This document shows positions 46,700 through 56,803 of a stretch of 64,000 bases of DNA, piece by piece. Source of the DNA: an uncultured Rikenellaceae bacterium (GTDB lineage: Bacteria; Bacteroidota; Bacteroidia; Bacteroidales; VadinHA17). The stretch covers positions 9,353 through 73,352 of the forward strand of contig CAYXSM010000013.1 of NCBI GenBank assembly GCA_964466705.1, given 5' to 3'. Made by a program: the position numbers and the translations under genes. The notes beneath the pieces are model-generated. The model worked only from the letters and a program-made list of their open reading frames with translations. It did not search any database and was not told the DNA's origin. Numbering within the stretch: position 1 is the first letter of the stretch; each line of letters starts with the position of its first letter.

Positions 46700-47263
46700 A
46701 TGGTCTTGAAAATAGATTTTTATTCAGGTATATCAATTGAGAAAATAATGGTTAAATCAAATCTGGAAAACAGCTTGTCAAAGTTGTGGTTAACATGGCT
46801 GATGGTGCTGCGGATATTTATCGGGTGGCATTTTCTTTATGAAGGGATGGTTAAAGTGCTTAATCCAAACTGGTCCGCAAAGGCTTACCTGTTGGATTCA
46901 AAAGGCTGGTTCGCATCGATATTCATTAATATGGCCGGTAATTCTGGGCTGATGAAATATGTTGATTTTCTCAACGAATGGGCATTGGTGTTAATTGGAT
47001 CCGGTTTGCTTCTGGGGTGTTTTACACGTTTGTCGTGCATAGGCGGCATAATTCTTTTATCCATGTATACATTGTCTCATCCGGCATTGCTGGGTATTGA
47101 CTACGAAATGCCCTTTGAAGGCTCATATCTGCTTATTGACAAAAATCTTGTGGAGCTTGCAGCGCTGGGTGTTCTGTTTGTTATCCCAACTGCCCGTATT
47201 ATTGGTATTGACAGATATCTAATCAAATTTTTGCCTCAAGGTTTTCAGAAATTTATAATTTAA
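46700..47263 (+). CDS. DoxX-family membrane protein
   Basis: 187 aa and 4 TM (RIFIGWHFLYEG motif). An alternative start is at 46748. It ends 4 nt before the next gene. Confidence 0.6.
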   Translation: MVLKIDFYSGISIEKIMVKSNLENSLSKLWLTWLMVLRIFIGWHFLYEGMVKVLNPNWSAKAYLLDSKGWFASIFINMAGNSGLMKYVDFLNEWALVLIGSGLLLGCFTRLSCIGGIILLSMYTLSHPALLGIDYEMPFEGSYLLIDKNLVELAALGVLFVIPTARIIGIDRYLIKFLPQGFQKFII

Positions 47264-47267
47264 AAAT

Positions 47268-48926
47268 ATGGAAGAAGAAAAAACCAGAAATGCTTCAGAG
47301 GACCCGGAAGGTACAAAATCTTCAAATATAGGAAGACGCGAAATTATAAAAACACTGGCCACCGTTCCTCTTCTGGGGGCAATGGCTTACGGCGTTATAA
47401 GAACAAGAAAAACACAATACCTTAACCGTGACATATCAGATGTTTTTAAACTCAGTGATGCTGATGCAGTATACCTTCAACCAATGACCGGAGGAAAACA
47501 GATCCGTATCGGCCTGATTGGATTCGGTATCCGTGGCAAACAGCTGTTAAGGGCTATAGGATTTGCAGAACCCCCGTATATTGATACACTGATAGAAGCT
47601 AAAAGAAACAATCCTGACGACACACGATATGATGAATTCATGGAACAGGATGATCTTAATGTAGCCATTAATGGCGTTTGTGATATTTTTGATGTATATT
47701 CTGAAGCTGCAATAATTACCGGTTCAAATATAAACAGGGAAGGAAGCGGCGGAAAGTTCGGTCCCAGACCCAAACATTACAGGACCTATCAGGAATTGCT
47801 GGCAGCTGATGATATAGATGCCGTGATAATCGCCACTCCCGATCACTGGCACGGAACGATTGCAATGGCCGCTGCCAGGGCAGGCAAACATGTTTATTGC
47901 GAAAAACCTCTCACATGGACAGTACCTGAAACATATATGCTCCGCGATACAATCAGGGAGACGGGGGTAGTGTTCCAGCTCGGACATCAGGGCCGCCAGA
48001 CTGCCTCATACCAGAAGGCTGCTGAAATTATTAACAACGGGCTGCTGGGTCATGTCAACCTTATTGAAGTATGCACAAACCGAAACACGCCAAACGGGGC
48101 CTGGGTCTATCCTGTCATAGAAGGTTCCGGCCCCGATACAATCGACTGGAAACAGTTTGAAGGTGATGCAGCAAGAGTAAGAGAATATGAAGATTATATG
48201 ATATCATCAGGGCTTGAGCGATATATGGGACCTGAAGAACGAAGCCGGTTCAGCCTTGAGCGCTTTTTCCGGTGGCGATGCTGGTGGGACTACAGCACAG
48301 GTCTGTCCGGCGACCTGCTCACTCATGAATATGATGCCGTCAACCAGATAATGAACCTGGGAATACCCCACTCGGCTACATCGTCAGGCGGAATCTACTT
48401 CTTCAAGGACGGACGAACAGTGCCCGATGTTCTCCAGACCACCTTCGAATGGCCCGACAGAGATTTGACCATGTTATATAGCGCCACACTGGCCAGTTCG
48501 CGAAACAGGGGAAAGGTATTCATGGGTCATGATGCATCAATGGAGGTATCCGATATCCTGATGCTTACAGCTGACAGGAACTCTGAAAGATATGCTGAGA
48601 AAATCAGCCAGGGCATTATTCCAACCGACAAGCCTTTCTTTACATATGTTCCGGGACAAAGCAAAGTTGACGCAGTCACATCTGCAACAGAGCTTTATTT
48701 TGCCCAGCGGGGATTACTGTATACCTATGTGAACGGTAAACGGTACGACACTACTCATCTTCACATGAGAGAATGGCTGGAATGTATCCGCCAGAATCAG
48801 ACACCTTCGTGTGACATCGATCAGGCCTTTCAGGAAGCAATGTCGGCACATATGGGTACACGGGCATACCTGGAAGGGTGCAGAATGTACTGGGACAAAG
48901 ACAGGGAGAAAATTGTAAAAGGATAA
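47268..48926 (+). CDS. Tat-exported Gfo/Idh/MocA-family NAD-dependent oxidoreductase (possibly GH109-like)
   Basis: 552 aa with a twin-arginine-like signal (GRREIIKTLATVPLLGAMA). It has a Rossmann motif (RIGLIGFGIRG) and EKP in GKHVYCEKPL. Confidence 0.75.
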   Translation: MEEEKTRNASEDPEGTKSSNIGRREIIKTLATVPLLGAMAYGVIRTRKTQYLNRDISDVFKLSDADAVYLQPMTGGKQIRIGLIGFGIRGKQLLRAIGFAEPPYIDTLIEAKRNNPDDTRYDEFMEQDDLNVAINGVCDIFDVYSEAAIITGSNINREGSGGKFGPRPKHYRTYQELLAADDIDAVIIATPDHWHGTIAMAAARAGKHVYCEKPLTWTVPETYMLRDTIRETGVVFQLGHQGRQTASYQKAAEIINNGLLGHVNLIEVCTNRNTPNGAWVYPVIEGSGPDTIDWKQFEGDAARVREYEDYMISSGLERYMGPEERSRFSLERFFRWRCWWDYSTGLSGDLLTHEYDAVNQIMNLGIPHSATSSGGIYFFKDGRTVPDVLQTTFEWPDRDLTMLYSATLASSRNRGKVFMGHDASMEVSDILMLTADRNSERYAEKISQGIIPTDKPFFTYVPGQSKVDAVTSATELYFAQRGLLYTYVNGKRYDTTHLHMREWLECIRQNQTPSCDIDQAFQEAMSAHMGTRAYLEGCRMYWDKDREKIVKG

Positions 48927-48984
48927 ATATTCCATATCATGACTGCAGGCTGTATGATCACTAAAACAACAAAAAAAATTACAG

Positions 48985-49335
48985 ATGAAAATAAACACTA
49001 ATGCAGATATCCACGATAAAAAAGTGGAAATGGAAGGTGCAAAGGATGTCAGGATGAAAATTCTCATCGGGCCTGAAGATGATTCAGAAAATATCTTCAT
49101 GAGGCATTTTTTTATAGCTCCGGGTGGAAATACACCCTATCATCAGCACAATTATGAACATGTTGTAAAAATTGAAAAGAACAGGGGTGTCGTGGTTGAC
49201 AAGGACGGGAAGGAATATGAGGTAACGGAAGGACAGAGTATTTTTGTGGAGCCGAATGAAAAACATCAGTTCAGAAACCCTTATAACCTGGACTTTGAGT
49301 TTATCTGCATAATTCCGAATCCTGAGGGCAGATGA
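48985..49335 (+). CDS. Cupin domain protein
   Basis: 116 aa. The cupin metal motifs are present (PGGNTPYHQHNYEHVV ... EPNEKHQFRN). Its stop overlaps the next start (ATGA). Confidence 0.75.
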   Translation: MKINTNADIHDKKVEMEGAKDVRMKILIGPEDDSENIFMRHFFIAPGGNTPYHQHNYEHVVKIEKNRGVVVDKDGKEYEVTEGQSIFVEPNEKHQFRNPYNLDFEFICIIPNPEGR

Positions 49336-50708
49336 GAACATTCCACACGGTGCTTTTCATTATCTGGAGCCTTTTCCTTGGCTCCTGTTCTCAGAAATCC
49401 CAACAGATTCTCCCGACTCCGGCCCATCTGCAGTGGGCAGACTCAGAGATCGGAGTGCTGATCCATTTCGATATGCCGGTTTTTGAACCTGAATATAACT
49501 TCCGGGATAACTGGGAATATCATCCCGACGTTTCAATTTTCAATCCGTCGGAACTTGACACCGATCAATGGATTATGGCTGCCAGATCTGCAGGAGCAAA
49601 GTATGCTGTGCTTGTGGCCAAACATTGCAGCGGATTCAGTCTCTGGCCGACGAAAGCACATCCGTACAGTGTGAAAAATGCACCCTGGAAAAACGGACAG
49701 GGCGACATTGTAAGAGATTTTATCGAATCGTGCAGGAAGTATGGCCTGAAACCGGGTATTTACGCAAGCACGACAGCCAATGGTTATCTGAAAGTGGATA
49801 ACCCCGGCAAAGTAGTATCGGGGGATCCTGAGGAACAGAAAAAATATAATGAGATTGTCAGGATGCAACTCACCGAGTTATGGTCACAATACGGCAAATT
49901 GTTTGAGGTATGGTTTGACGGAGGAGTACTCCCGCCTGAAATGGGAGGATTCGATGTTCTTGGGATGCTCAGGGAATATCAGCCTGAAACTATAGCTTTC
50001 CAGGGGCCCTTCGGATTTGAGAATAATATACGCTGGGTTGGAAATGAGGAAGGAGTGGCCCCGTATCCCTGCTGGTCAAGGGCGGATTCAACCACTTCCG
50101 CATCAGGCATAATAGAAATAAAGGGGTTAAACGGAAACCCTGACGGATCATTCTGGTGTCCCGGAGAATCTGATTTTCCCCTGCGCTTCAATTCTTCCTT
50201 TCAGGGTGGGTGGTTCTGGCGCGAAGGCCAGGATGATATGCTTCGAAGCCTGGACGAGCTGATGGATAAGTACTGTAAAAGCGTGGGGAGAAATACAAAC
50301 ATGCTCCTGGGAATAGTAGTTGACGACAGTGGGCTTGTACCGGATGCGGATGTTGAGAGGCTTGAAGAATTCGGCAGGCTTATCACCAACAGCTTTTCCA
50401 ATATGCTGGGGGAGACAAAAGGCAGTGGAAACGAATTTACCGTGGAATTGAATTCCCCCTCGCCCCTGTCATTTGTTGTTTTGATGGAAGACCTGACAGA
50501 AGGGGAACGGATACGTGAATACCAGCTCTCAGGGGAGGTCGAAGGTAAGTGGCAAATAATAAGTCAAGGCTCCTGCATAGGACATAAAAGAATTGAAGTG
50601 ATCAATGAAGGAGTATATTCTTCTGTTAAGCTGGAAATTCTGAAATCTGCCGGCACACCTGTCATAAGGAGCTTTTCATGTTATGGCAGATACGACTCCC
50701 ATGAATAA
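49332..50708 (+). CDS. Alpha-L-fucosidase, GH29
   Basis: 458 aa with a lipobox (FLGSC). It has a GH29-type N-terminal catalytic region (AGAKYAVLVAKHCSGFSLWPT) and a C-terminal beta-sandwich. Confidence 0.8.
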   Translation: MRTFHTVLFIIWSLFLGSCSQKSQQILPTPAHLQWADSEIGVLIHFDMPVFEPEYNFRDNWEYHPDVSIFNPSELDTDQWIMAARSAGAKYAVLVAKHCSGFSLWPTKAHPYSVKNAPWKNGQGDIVRDFIESCRKYGLKPGIYASTTANGYLKVDNPGKVVSGDPEEQKKYNEIVRMQLTELWSQYGKLFEVWFDGGVLPPEMGGFDVLGMLREYQPETIAFQGPFGFENNIRWVGNEEGVAPYPCWSRADSTTSASGIIEIKGLNGNPDGSFWCPGESDFPLRFNSSFQGGWFWREGQDDMLRSLDELMDKYCKSVGRNTNMLLGIVVDDSGLVPDADVERLEEFGRLITNSFSNMLGETKGSGNEFTVELNSPSPLSFVVLMEDLTEGERIREYQLSGEVEGKWQIISQGSCIGHKRIEVINEGVYSSVKLEILKSAGTPVIRSFSCYGRYDSHE

Positions 50709-50740
50709 AAGCCGGTGCGAATAAGAATAATTCGGCTTTT
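50707..50740 (+). terminator. Terminator-like hairpin after the fucosidase gene
   Basis: AAAAGCC...GGCTTTT forms an outer stem and CGAAT/ATTCG an inner stem. It begins at the stop codon and its T4 run is short. Confidence 0.45.
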
Positions 50741-51070
50741 GATCCTGTGTCAGTCATTCTTAAATTCCGCTCCCGGTCATTTCAGGGGCACCATAAATGG
50801 TTATGCTGCCAAATGTCTTTAACCTGGCTCACCCGGAATATTAACTGATTACCCTTACCCGGCCAGTGGATTGTTTTGCCGGAAACGGCATTCTGCAGCT
50901 TCATTCTTCCGGCAGATCCGGATTACAATATTTTACCGCAATCATGAAAATTACCTTCTGTATGGTAGCTGAAATACCATCTTAACAGGTGATCTTAATT
51001 CATCATTCTGTACTGCCGAACGATGTAAATAAACAGAACAAGTTTCCAGGGTTGATCATGAATCACTCAT

Positions 51071-52891
51071 TCAACGCAGATGCTGTGAATTTCTCCTTGT
51101 CTTCCTGATGCTCCCGTCATTATGTACAAGTCCCAGTAATTCTTCAATATGATTCAGATAAATTCCGCGAGGATTTGTGCTATATTTCTTACAGAGAGAT
51201 GCGGCATATCCTACGGCAACTCCCATTTGCCCGGTAGTATGCATGACCCTGGGCCCTCCAAGTCCCACATGCGAACAGCTGAAGCATCTTCCAGCCATAA
51301 GGAGATTTTTTATATTTTTTGAATAGAGGCTTCTGTAAGGAATGTAATAATGGTCAACTTCATAAAAAAGAGCTTCTGAAAGAAAGTCGGGCTGGGACGG
51401 ATCCTTCAGGTTCTGCTGGTAATGAACATCTATGTCCCTTTCCTCCATTGCAACGGCATCCGGAAATTCAATCATGTTTTTCGCATCAACGAACGTATAG
51501 ATATAATCTCCCACCAGTCTCCTGGATTCTCTTTTCCCAACAAGATATGACACCCATTCCAGAGCAAGATTTTTGTTTTCAGGCATTTTTCTGGCGTTAT
51601 AGAATGATCCGTAAACGGCTTTAAGCAAATGGTCTCGTATTTGTTCAGCATCATCAACCTGATGCAGATCGTCTCTTGAAAATTCCCATTTCCATGTTCC
51701 TGATGTGGCTGAATAGTCTCCTGCTACATCCATTGCCCAGGGCACTTCAGGAAAACCAACAGGCTTTCCCTTGTCGACCGAACGCCAAAGAACAGAAGAT
51801 CCCATGACTCTTCCGTCTTCCCTGGCAGGGCTCCACAATTCCTTGTGAGCATCCCAGCTCTCTCCGTATCTGGAGGAATCCTCCCTTCCATACATGTATT
51901 CAGCCCCTGCCCAGTAGCCTATCCATCCGTCGCCTGTACAATCAATAAAAACAGGAGAAGAAAAGCTCATGGTTTCACCTGTTGAAGTATGTCGTGCATA
52001 AACTGAAGTTATCGAATCGGATGTAACATTGACATCATAAGCCCGCCAGTTCAGAAAAATGGCAATATTTTCATACTTTGCCATATTGTCATGTCTTTTT
52101 TTGTCATCAAGAACGGCATCCGGCGATCCGTTGGGCCACCAGACAGTGTTCAGCATGCTTAGGATCCTGGACGATTTCCACATAATACCTTCAGTATGAA
52201 CACGTATCTCACTGCTTGCATTACCTCCCAGGACAGGACGGTCGTGTATTAAAGCAACTTTTAGTCCCTGTTCTGCTGCTGATATTGACGCAGCACAGCC
52301 GGCTATACCTCCGCCAACAACAACCAGATCATAAGCTTCAGAAGTCAGTGGCACCCCGCTCTCGTTCAATAGTCCCCTGCGCCATTCAGCCAATCTTTCT
52401 GCGTCATCCGGAGGTAAGTCTTTCGAGGTGCTGAAATATAATGCATCACAACGTCCGTCAAACCCTGTCAGATCTTTCAGTTCAGCTGCAGCAATGGTAT
52501 CCGTGAATCTCACTTTACCTGCATATTGCCAGTTCCAGCCTTCTTCAGTACCCAGAACTGATTTCAGTTCTTTTCCGTTGATTATCAGACTGAACCTTCC
52601 CGGAGCTTCCCACGGTCCTGGAGCCCAGTTCATGGTCCTTACCCATATGTGATACCTTCCTGTGGCAGGCAATATGAATTTTGTAAGTGCATCATCAACC
52701 GGTGTTCCGAGCCCGTGTGCGAGCAGATATGGCGATCCCATCTGTTCAGTGAACTGCGGATCGACAACCCAGCCTCCTTTTTCCGTAAAGCTTTCGGCTT
52801 CAATAATTATATGATAATCTTGTTTTTGGCATGAACTGAAAAGGACAGGAAAAATTAAACAGATCTGTATTGCCATTACTTTTCTCATCAT
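51071..52891 (-). CDS. FAD-dependent oxidoreductase with N-terminal CBM-like domain
   Basis: 606 aa with a lipobox (LFSSC). It has a ~170-aa beta domain and then the dinucleotide fold YDLVVVGGGIAGCAASISAAEQG. Confidence 0.75.
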   Translation of the reverse strand: MMRKVMAIQICLIFPVLFSSCQKQDYHIIIEAESFTEKGGWVVDPQFTEQMGSPYLLAHGLGTPVDDALTKFILPATGRYHIWVRTMNWAPGPWEAPGRFSLIINGKELKSVLGTEEGWNWQYAGKVRFTDTIAAAELKDLTGFDGRCDALYFSTSKDLPPDDAERLAEWRRGLLNESGVPLTSEAYDLVVVGGGIAGCAASISAAEQGLKVALIHDRPVLGGNASSEIRVHTEGIMWKSSRILSMLNTVWWPNGSPDAVLDDKKRHDNMAKYENIAIFLNWRAYDVNVTSDSITSVYARHTSTGETMSFSSPVFIDCTGDGWIGYWAGAEYMYGREDSSRYGESWDAHKELWSPAREDGRVMGSSVLWRSVDKGKPVGFPEVPWAMDVAGDYSATSGTWKWEFSRDDLHQVDDAEQIRDHLLKAVYGSFYNARKMPENKNLALEWVSYLVGKRESRRLVGDYIYTFVDAKNMIEFPDAVAMEERDIDVHYQQNLKDPSQPDFLSEALFYEVDHYYIPYRSLYSKNIKNLLMAGRCFSCSHVGLGGPRVMHTTGQMGVAVGYAASLCKKYSTNPRGIYLNHIEELLGLVHNDGSIRKTRRNSQHLR

Positions 52892-52946
52892 AGGTATTTT
52901 TTTATTTTTGCTATTTCACTCAACCAACATAAGCAACAGATTGAGA

Positions 52947-54056
52947 TTATCTGGCAATCATCTCTTTTGCGATATTCATCCTTGCCGGATCTCTCTCAAA
53001 CAAAGGCCATGAAAAGAAAACGACTCCCTGCGACGGAGCTTTCAGGGCGCTGCCAACACATTGCCTGAACTCATCATCTGAAAACGGATCATCAATATAT
53101 GCCTGATGCACCTGGATGCTTGGAAGGACTTTTCCCGGAGCAGAGAGATCCATTTCCGATACAACGTCGGCAATCCAGTCCGCATCGCGTTTGAGCATCT
53201 TGGAGTAGCACATTGGTGAAACATAATCGACCACAGGTGCCATTTTCTCCAGGTCCTGCCCTGCCACCCTGATAATTGATCCTCCGAAATCATTTTTCTT
53301 CCAGGGGACAATATGTGCTCCGATAACCAGATCAGGTTTTACCTGCCTTGCTGCTGCAGCAAGCTCGGTTAACATTGAAGCAATAAGCTCACTCCTGAAA
53401 GAATCCCATGAATCCTGATGATACCTTGTTATCCACTCTGTCTTCCCGGACAGTGTTCTGCACGTATCCGGAAAAGTAATTCCCTCCAGACAGCTGAATT
53501 CAGCCACACAGCTGTCACAGTAGCAAGTCCTGTCAATGCTTGCAGGATCCCGGCCGGGATAAATCATCTCCCAGAATACAAAATGCCTGATAAAATCAAT
53601 ACTGATCCCGTCAGGATTCAGCCGGCGTATGATCGATGCGAGCTCATCAACCTTGCTTTTACGGTATATGACGCGGGAGGGACACACAAATTCCACCCAT
53701 CTGTCCCTTGCATTTGTTCCCTTGTTTGTTATCGCGTAAAGAGTACTGTCCTGTTCCAGCGATACAGGATCCTGAAACACGGGGAAAATTAAAAACATCC
53801 TGATGTCATTCCTGATCAGCGCCTCTCTGAATTCATTGTTACCCGCGAGACCTGCACTTACGAAAGCCGTATTAATGCCCATATCTTTCCAGGTACCTGC
53901 AAGTGCTTCGTAATTGCCATTGTATTCATAGATCTTGATCCCTATAATTTCCACGGGTTTTTCTATGCAGCAGGAAGCAATAAATACTGCGATAAGAATT
54001 ACGGGAACCCCGAAAAGGCATGAAAATGTCAGTTTCCCACTCTTCCGTCTTTTCAT
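52947..54056 (-). CDS. Putative glycoside-hydrolase-like TIM-barrel protein (GHL/DUF187-like)
   Basis: 369 aa with an N-terminal anchor. It has DGISIDFIRH and CYCDSCxxxF motifs like the GHL families. Confidence 0.45.
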   Translation of the reverse strand: MKRRKSGKLTFSCLFGVPVILIAVFIASCCIEKPVEIIGIKIYEYNGNYEALAGTWKDMGINTAFVSAGLAGNNEFREALIRNDIRMFLIFPVFQDPVSLEQDSTLYAITNKGTNARDRWVEFVCPSRVIYRKSKVDELASIIRRLNPDGISIDFIRHFVFWEMIYPGRDPASIDRTCYCDSCVAEFSCLEGITFPDTCRTLSGKTEWITRYHQDSWDSFRSELIASMLTELAAAARQVKPDLVIGAHIVPWKKNDFGGSIIRVAGQDLEKMAPVVDYVSPMCYSKMLKRDADWIADVVSEMDLSAPGKVLPSIQVHQAYIDDPFSDDEFRQCVGSALKAPSQGVVFFSWPLFERDPARMNIAKEMIAR

Positions 54057-54127
54057 ATCAGGTCAATGGTTTTTTGTGCACTCTGGCTGAAAATAAAAGA
54101 ACCGAAATAGTCCGTTGCAGGGTACAT

Positions 54128-55297
54128 CTATCTGGCTTCATTGCTCAATGACGGGCGGGTTATTCTTCCGTCATGGTATATGGTCCAGGCATTATCCTGA
54201 CCGGGAACGGGGAAATAACTTTCGAAGGTTGTCCTTGTTATTGAAATAACAGGTTCGGGCAGATTTTCCGCAAAATCGGTCATGCTCAGGCCCAGTTCAC
54301 TTAATTCGGAAGTATAGGCTTTATTCTTTTTAAAATATTCAGTTTCTGCATAATAAATTTTTCTGAGAGCCCACTTGACATCATGAGTGTCATCAGGTAC
54401 AAATTCCTCGGTTCCGGTTCCGGCTTCTTTTGAAGAAAACTGCAGGTAGCCCCACATCTCCGGCATGTGCATGTTTATACGGCCCTGAGGCGACCATACC
54501 CAGTTATCCTCGGGATAAGGCCTGCCTGTTGATGGATTTATTTCTTTTTTGTACCTGCCATTTTCAATCAGGATGCGCCATTCAACCCTCGAAAAACCTA
54601 TTCTCCACTGGTCCCCTGCTTCTGGCATTCTTCCTCTCTCATTGCATTCCTTCAATGCAGAAAGGGGTATGGCAAACTCAACGTTCCAGCCTTCGTCAAT
54701 ATCAGCCGGATTATTTATTGTTCCGAAAATATGAGTGCCAACCTCCATTCCGGGTATATCCCAGCGATTCACCACAGGCCCCCCGTCACGGTAGGGTTTT
54801 ATCAATAATAGATCCCATTCAGTGCCAAAAGCATTAACCTCAATCTCATAATATGCGTGGGTATCGCCATCGGGATCAATGAAGATCTCAAAATCATTGT
54901 CAATGAAGATAATCGTATCCCTTTGCCTCAGTGTAGCCCAGACATGCGGCTCTTCAAGCTCTGCAGCAACATACAGGTTTTTATCATCCCACAACATTTT
55001 TGCCCTCGTTTTAAAGCGGGGCTCAGGCTTTGCAGAGCCTTCAATGTCCACAAAATAATCTGTCCAGGGAACATCATTCCATGCTTTTTCATCAATAATT
55101 CCGTCAACCTTTACAGGCAATGCCGTTTTATAACAGACGTAGCCCTTCGGGTGAGGTTCGGGAGGAAATTCCGGGGAAACACCAGTTTCGCTGCCTGCAG
55201 GGCCTGAGCAGGAGAAAAGGCCTGCAATAATTCCTGTGAATAGCATTAATCCTGAAGTAAGAGTAGTTAATTGTTTGATAATGGGGATTTTTTTCAT
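54128..55297 (-). CDS. Carbohydrate-binding family 9 (CBM9-like) lipoprotein
   Basis: 389 aa with a lipobox (GLFSCS). The DDKNLYVAAELEEPHVWATL and FEIFIDPDGD motifs are characteristic of the CBM9-like fold. Confidence 0.6.
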   Translation of the reverse strand: MKKIPIIKQLTTLTSGLMLFTGIIAGLFSCSGPAGSETGVSPEFPPEPHPKGYVCYKTALPVKVDGIIDEKAWNDVPWTDYFVDIEGSAKPEPRFKTRAKMLWDDKNLYVAAELEEPHVWATLRQRDTIIFIDNDFEIFIDPDGDTHAYYEIEVNAFGTEWDLLLIKPYRDGGPVVNRWDIPGMEVGTHIFGTINNPADIDEGWNVEFAIPLSALKECNERGRMPEAGDQWRIGFSRVEWRILIENGRYKKEINPSTGRPYPEDNWVWSPQGRINMHMPEMWGYLQFSSKEAGTGTEEFVPDDTHDVKWALRKIYYAETEYFKKNKAYTSELSELGLSMTDFAENLPEPVISITRTTFESYFPVPGQDNAWTIYHDGRITRPSLSNEAR

Positions 55298-55331
55298 TTT
55301 ATAGTCTTTTTTTGAGGTTAATACCAGTTAT

Positions 55332-55339
55332 CAAATTTA
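55332..55339 (-). promoter_or_regulatory. Candidate -7 promoter box (TAnnTTTG)
   Basis: TAAATTTG on the minus strand lies 34 nt upstream of the ATG at 55297. Confidence 0.35.
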
Positions 55340-55579
55340 AATCATGTATTTCAAAATGTGAGCATAATATTACCTTTTCTTGCCCTGATATAATATTGTC
55401 TTCCCGTATTTCATATCACCTGCTCCCCGGCAAAAAACGAAAACAACGAGGACATACAGAATCTATCTCATTAAAATCTGCCGTAAATGCAGGTCCTTCC
55501 CCTCATAAAAATAGCAGGTTTTTATGGCATTAACGATTTGGATTCATAAATTTACCTGTGATAGCCGTAATTGATTTCT

Positions 55580-56779
55580 ATGAACCCAGACAATTCTGAA
55601 AATATGAAAAAACAAGGCTTTACAAGGCGTAAGTTTTTATCGGCCGGGCCGGTGCTTGCGGCTTCTGCCATAGCACCTTCAATGTTGCCCGGATCAGCAG
55701 GCTTTGCCGTTGCGAAAAATTCCGGAATGTTTAATGCGAAAGATTTCGGAGCCATAGGTGACGGAAACACTGATGATACCTCTGCCGTTCAGAAAGCGCT
55801 TGATCAGGCAGGGTTAACTCACGGTGCTGTTTTTTTCCCTGAAGGGGATTATCTTTGTTCAGAGCTGAAAGTTCCTGAAGGTGTCGGACTTCATGGTCTG
55901 CCGGCCTGGAGTTACAGGAAGGGTATGGGTACAATTCTTTCCCTGAAAGATGAAAAAGCAAGATGTCTTATTAACCTTACCGGAGCTTACGGGGCCTACC
56001 TCCATGGTCTTTGCCTCAACGGCAGGAATATAGGAACCGGCATTCACGGAATCCTCGTAGACAAGCCTGATTACGGCACCCAGGAGGATACTCCAAGGAT
56101 AGATACATGCCGTGTTGAAAATTTTACAGGCGACGGAATAAGGCTTGACCGGATCTGGTGTTTTGTTGTCCGGCACTCCCACTGCTTCCATAACAGGGGA
56201 TGCGGATTAAGAATAAGGGGATGGGATGGTTTCATTCTTGACAACTGGTTTTCCGGGAATGGCAAAGCCGGCTACGGCTCTTATGATGAGAACGCTTCAA
56301 ATACCATAACGGGAAACAGAATAGAATGGAACCGTGAAGGAGGGATCGTGATCTTCGGAGGATCTCATTACAATATAACAGGAAACTACATCGACCGGTC
56401 CGGCAGGTGCGGTATTGCCCTCCTGGCAAGGCCCGATAACAGAGGGTGTGAAACAATTGCCATGACCGGCAATGTCATATACAGGAGCGGCAAGCCGGAA
56501 TGGGGAAGGCAGGGTGAATATGACAGCTCTCAGGTCAGGTTCGAATATGCCAGGGGACTGACTTTCACGGGAAATGCCCTCAATGCAGGCAGGGATGACG
56601 GAGGAAAAGGCACCTACTCACCAGATTACGCAATAGTTCTGAAAGGTCTGGAGAACTCCGTGATCAAGGACAATGTGATGCACAGAGGCGCGATAAAGCA
56701 GCTTGTCGCTGACCTGGGTGAGCATGGCGACGGCGTGATAATTAAGGATAATGTAGGCTCGTTAAGACAGATTGATTAA
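55580..56779 (+). CDS. Tat-signal right-handed beta-helix protein (pectate-lyase-3 / GH28-related)
   Basis: I took the first ATG; the track uses a TTG at 55571, and 55604 is also possible. It has a twin-arginine signal (FTRRKFLSAGPVLAASA), the KDFGAIGDGNTDDTSAVQKALD motif and repeated NxxGxG turns. Confidence 0.7.
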   Translation: MNPDNSENMKKQGFTRRKFLSAGPVLAASAIAPSMLPGSAGFAVAKNSGMFNAKDFGAIGDGNTDDTSAVQKALDQAGLTHGAVFFPEGDYLCSELKVPEGVGLHGLPAWSYRKGMGTILSLKDEKARCLINLTGAYGAYLHGLCLNGRNIGTGIHGILVDKPDYGTQEDTPRIDTCRVENFTGDGIRLDRIWCFVVRHSHCFHNRGCGLRIRGWDGFILDNWFSGNGKAGYGSYDENASNTITGNRIEWNREGGIVIFGGSHYNITGNYIDRSGRCGIALLARPDNRGCETIAMTGNVIYRSGKPEWGRQGEYDSSQVRFEYARGLTFTGNALNAGRDDGGKGTYSPDYAIVLKGLENSVIKDNVMHRGAIKQLVADLGEHGDGVIIKDNVGSLRQID

Positions 56780-56803
56780 AGTAACTTCGACAAATAACCG
56801 ATC

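Noticed and set aside
55312-55533. ORFs lying in divergent promoter spacers (55312-55533, 55552-55770, 61689-61955, 30936-31223, 39821-40009)
   Set aside because: They are short and lack motifs. They overlap candidate promoters or the 5' ends of well-supported genes.
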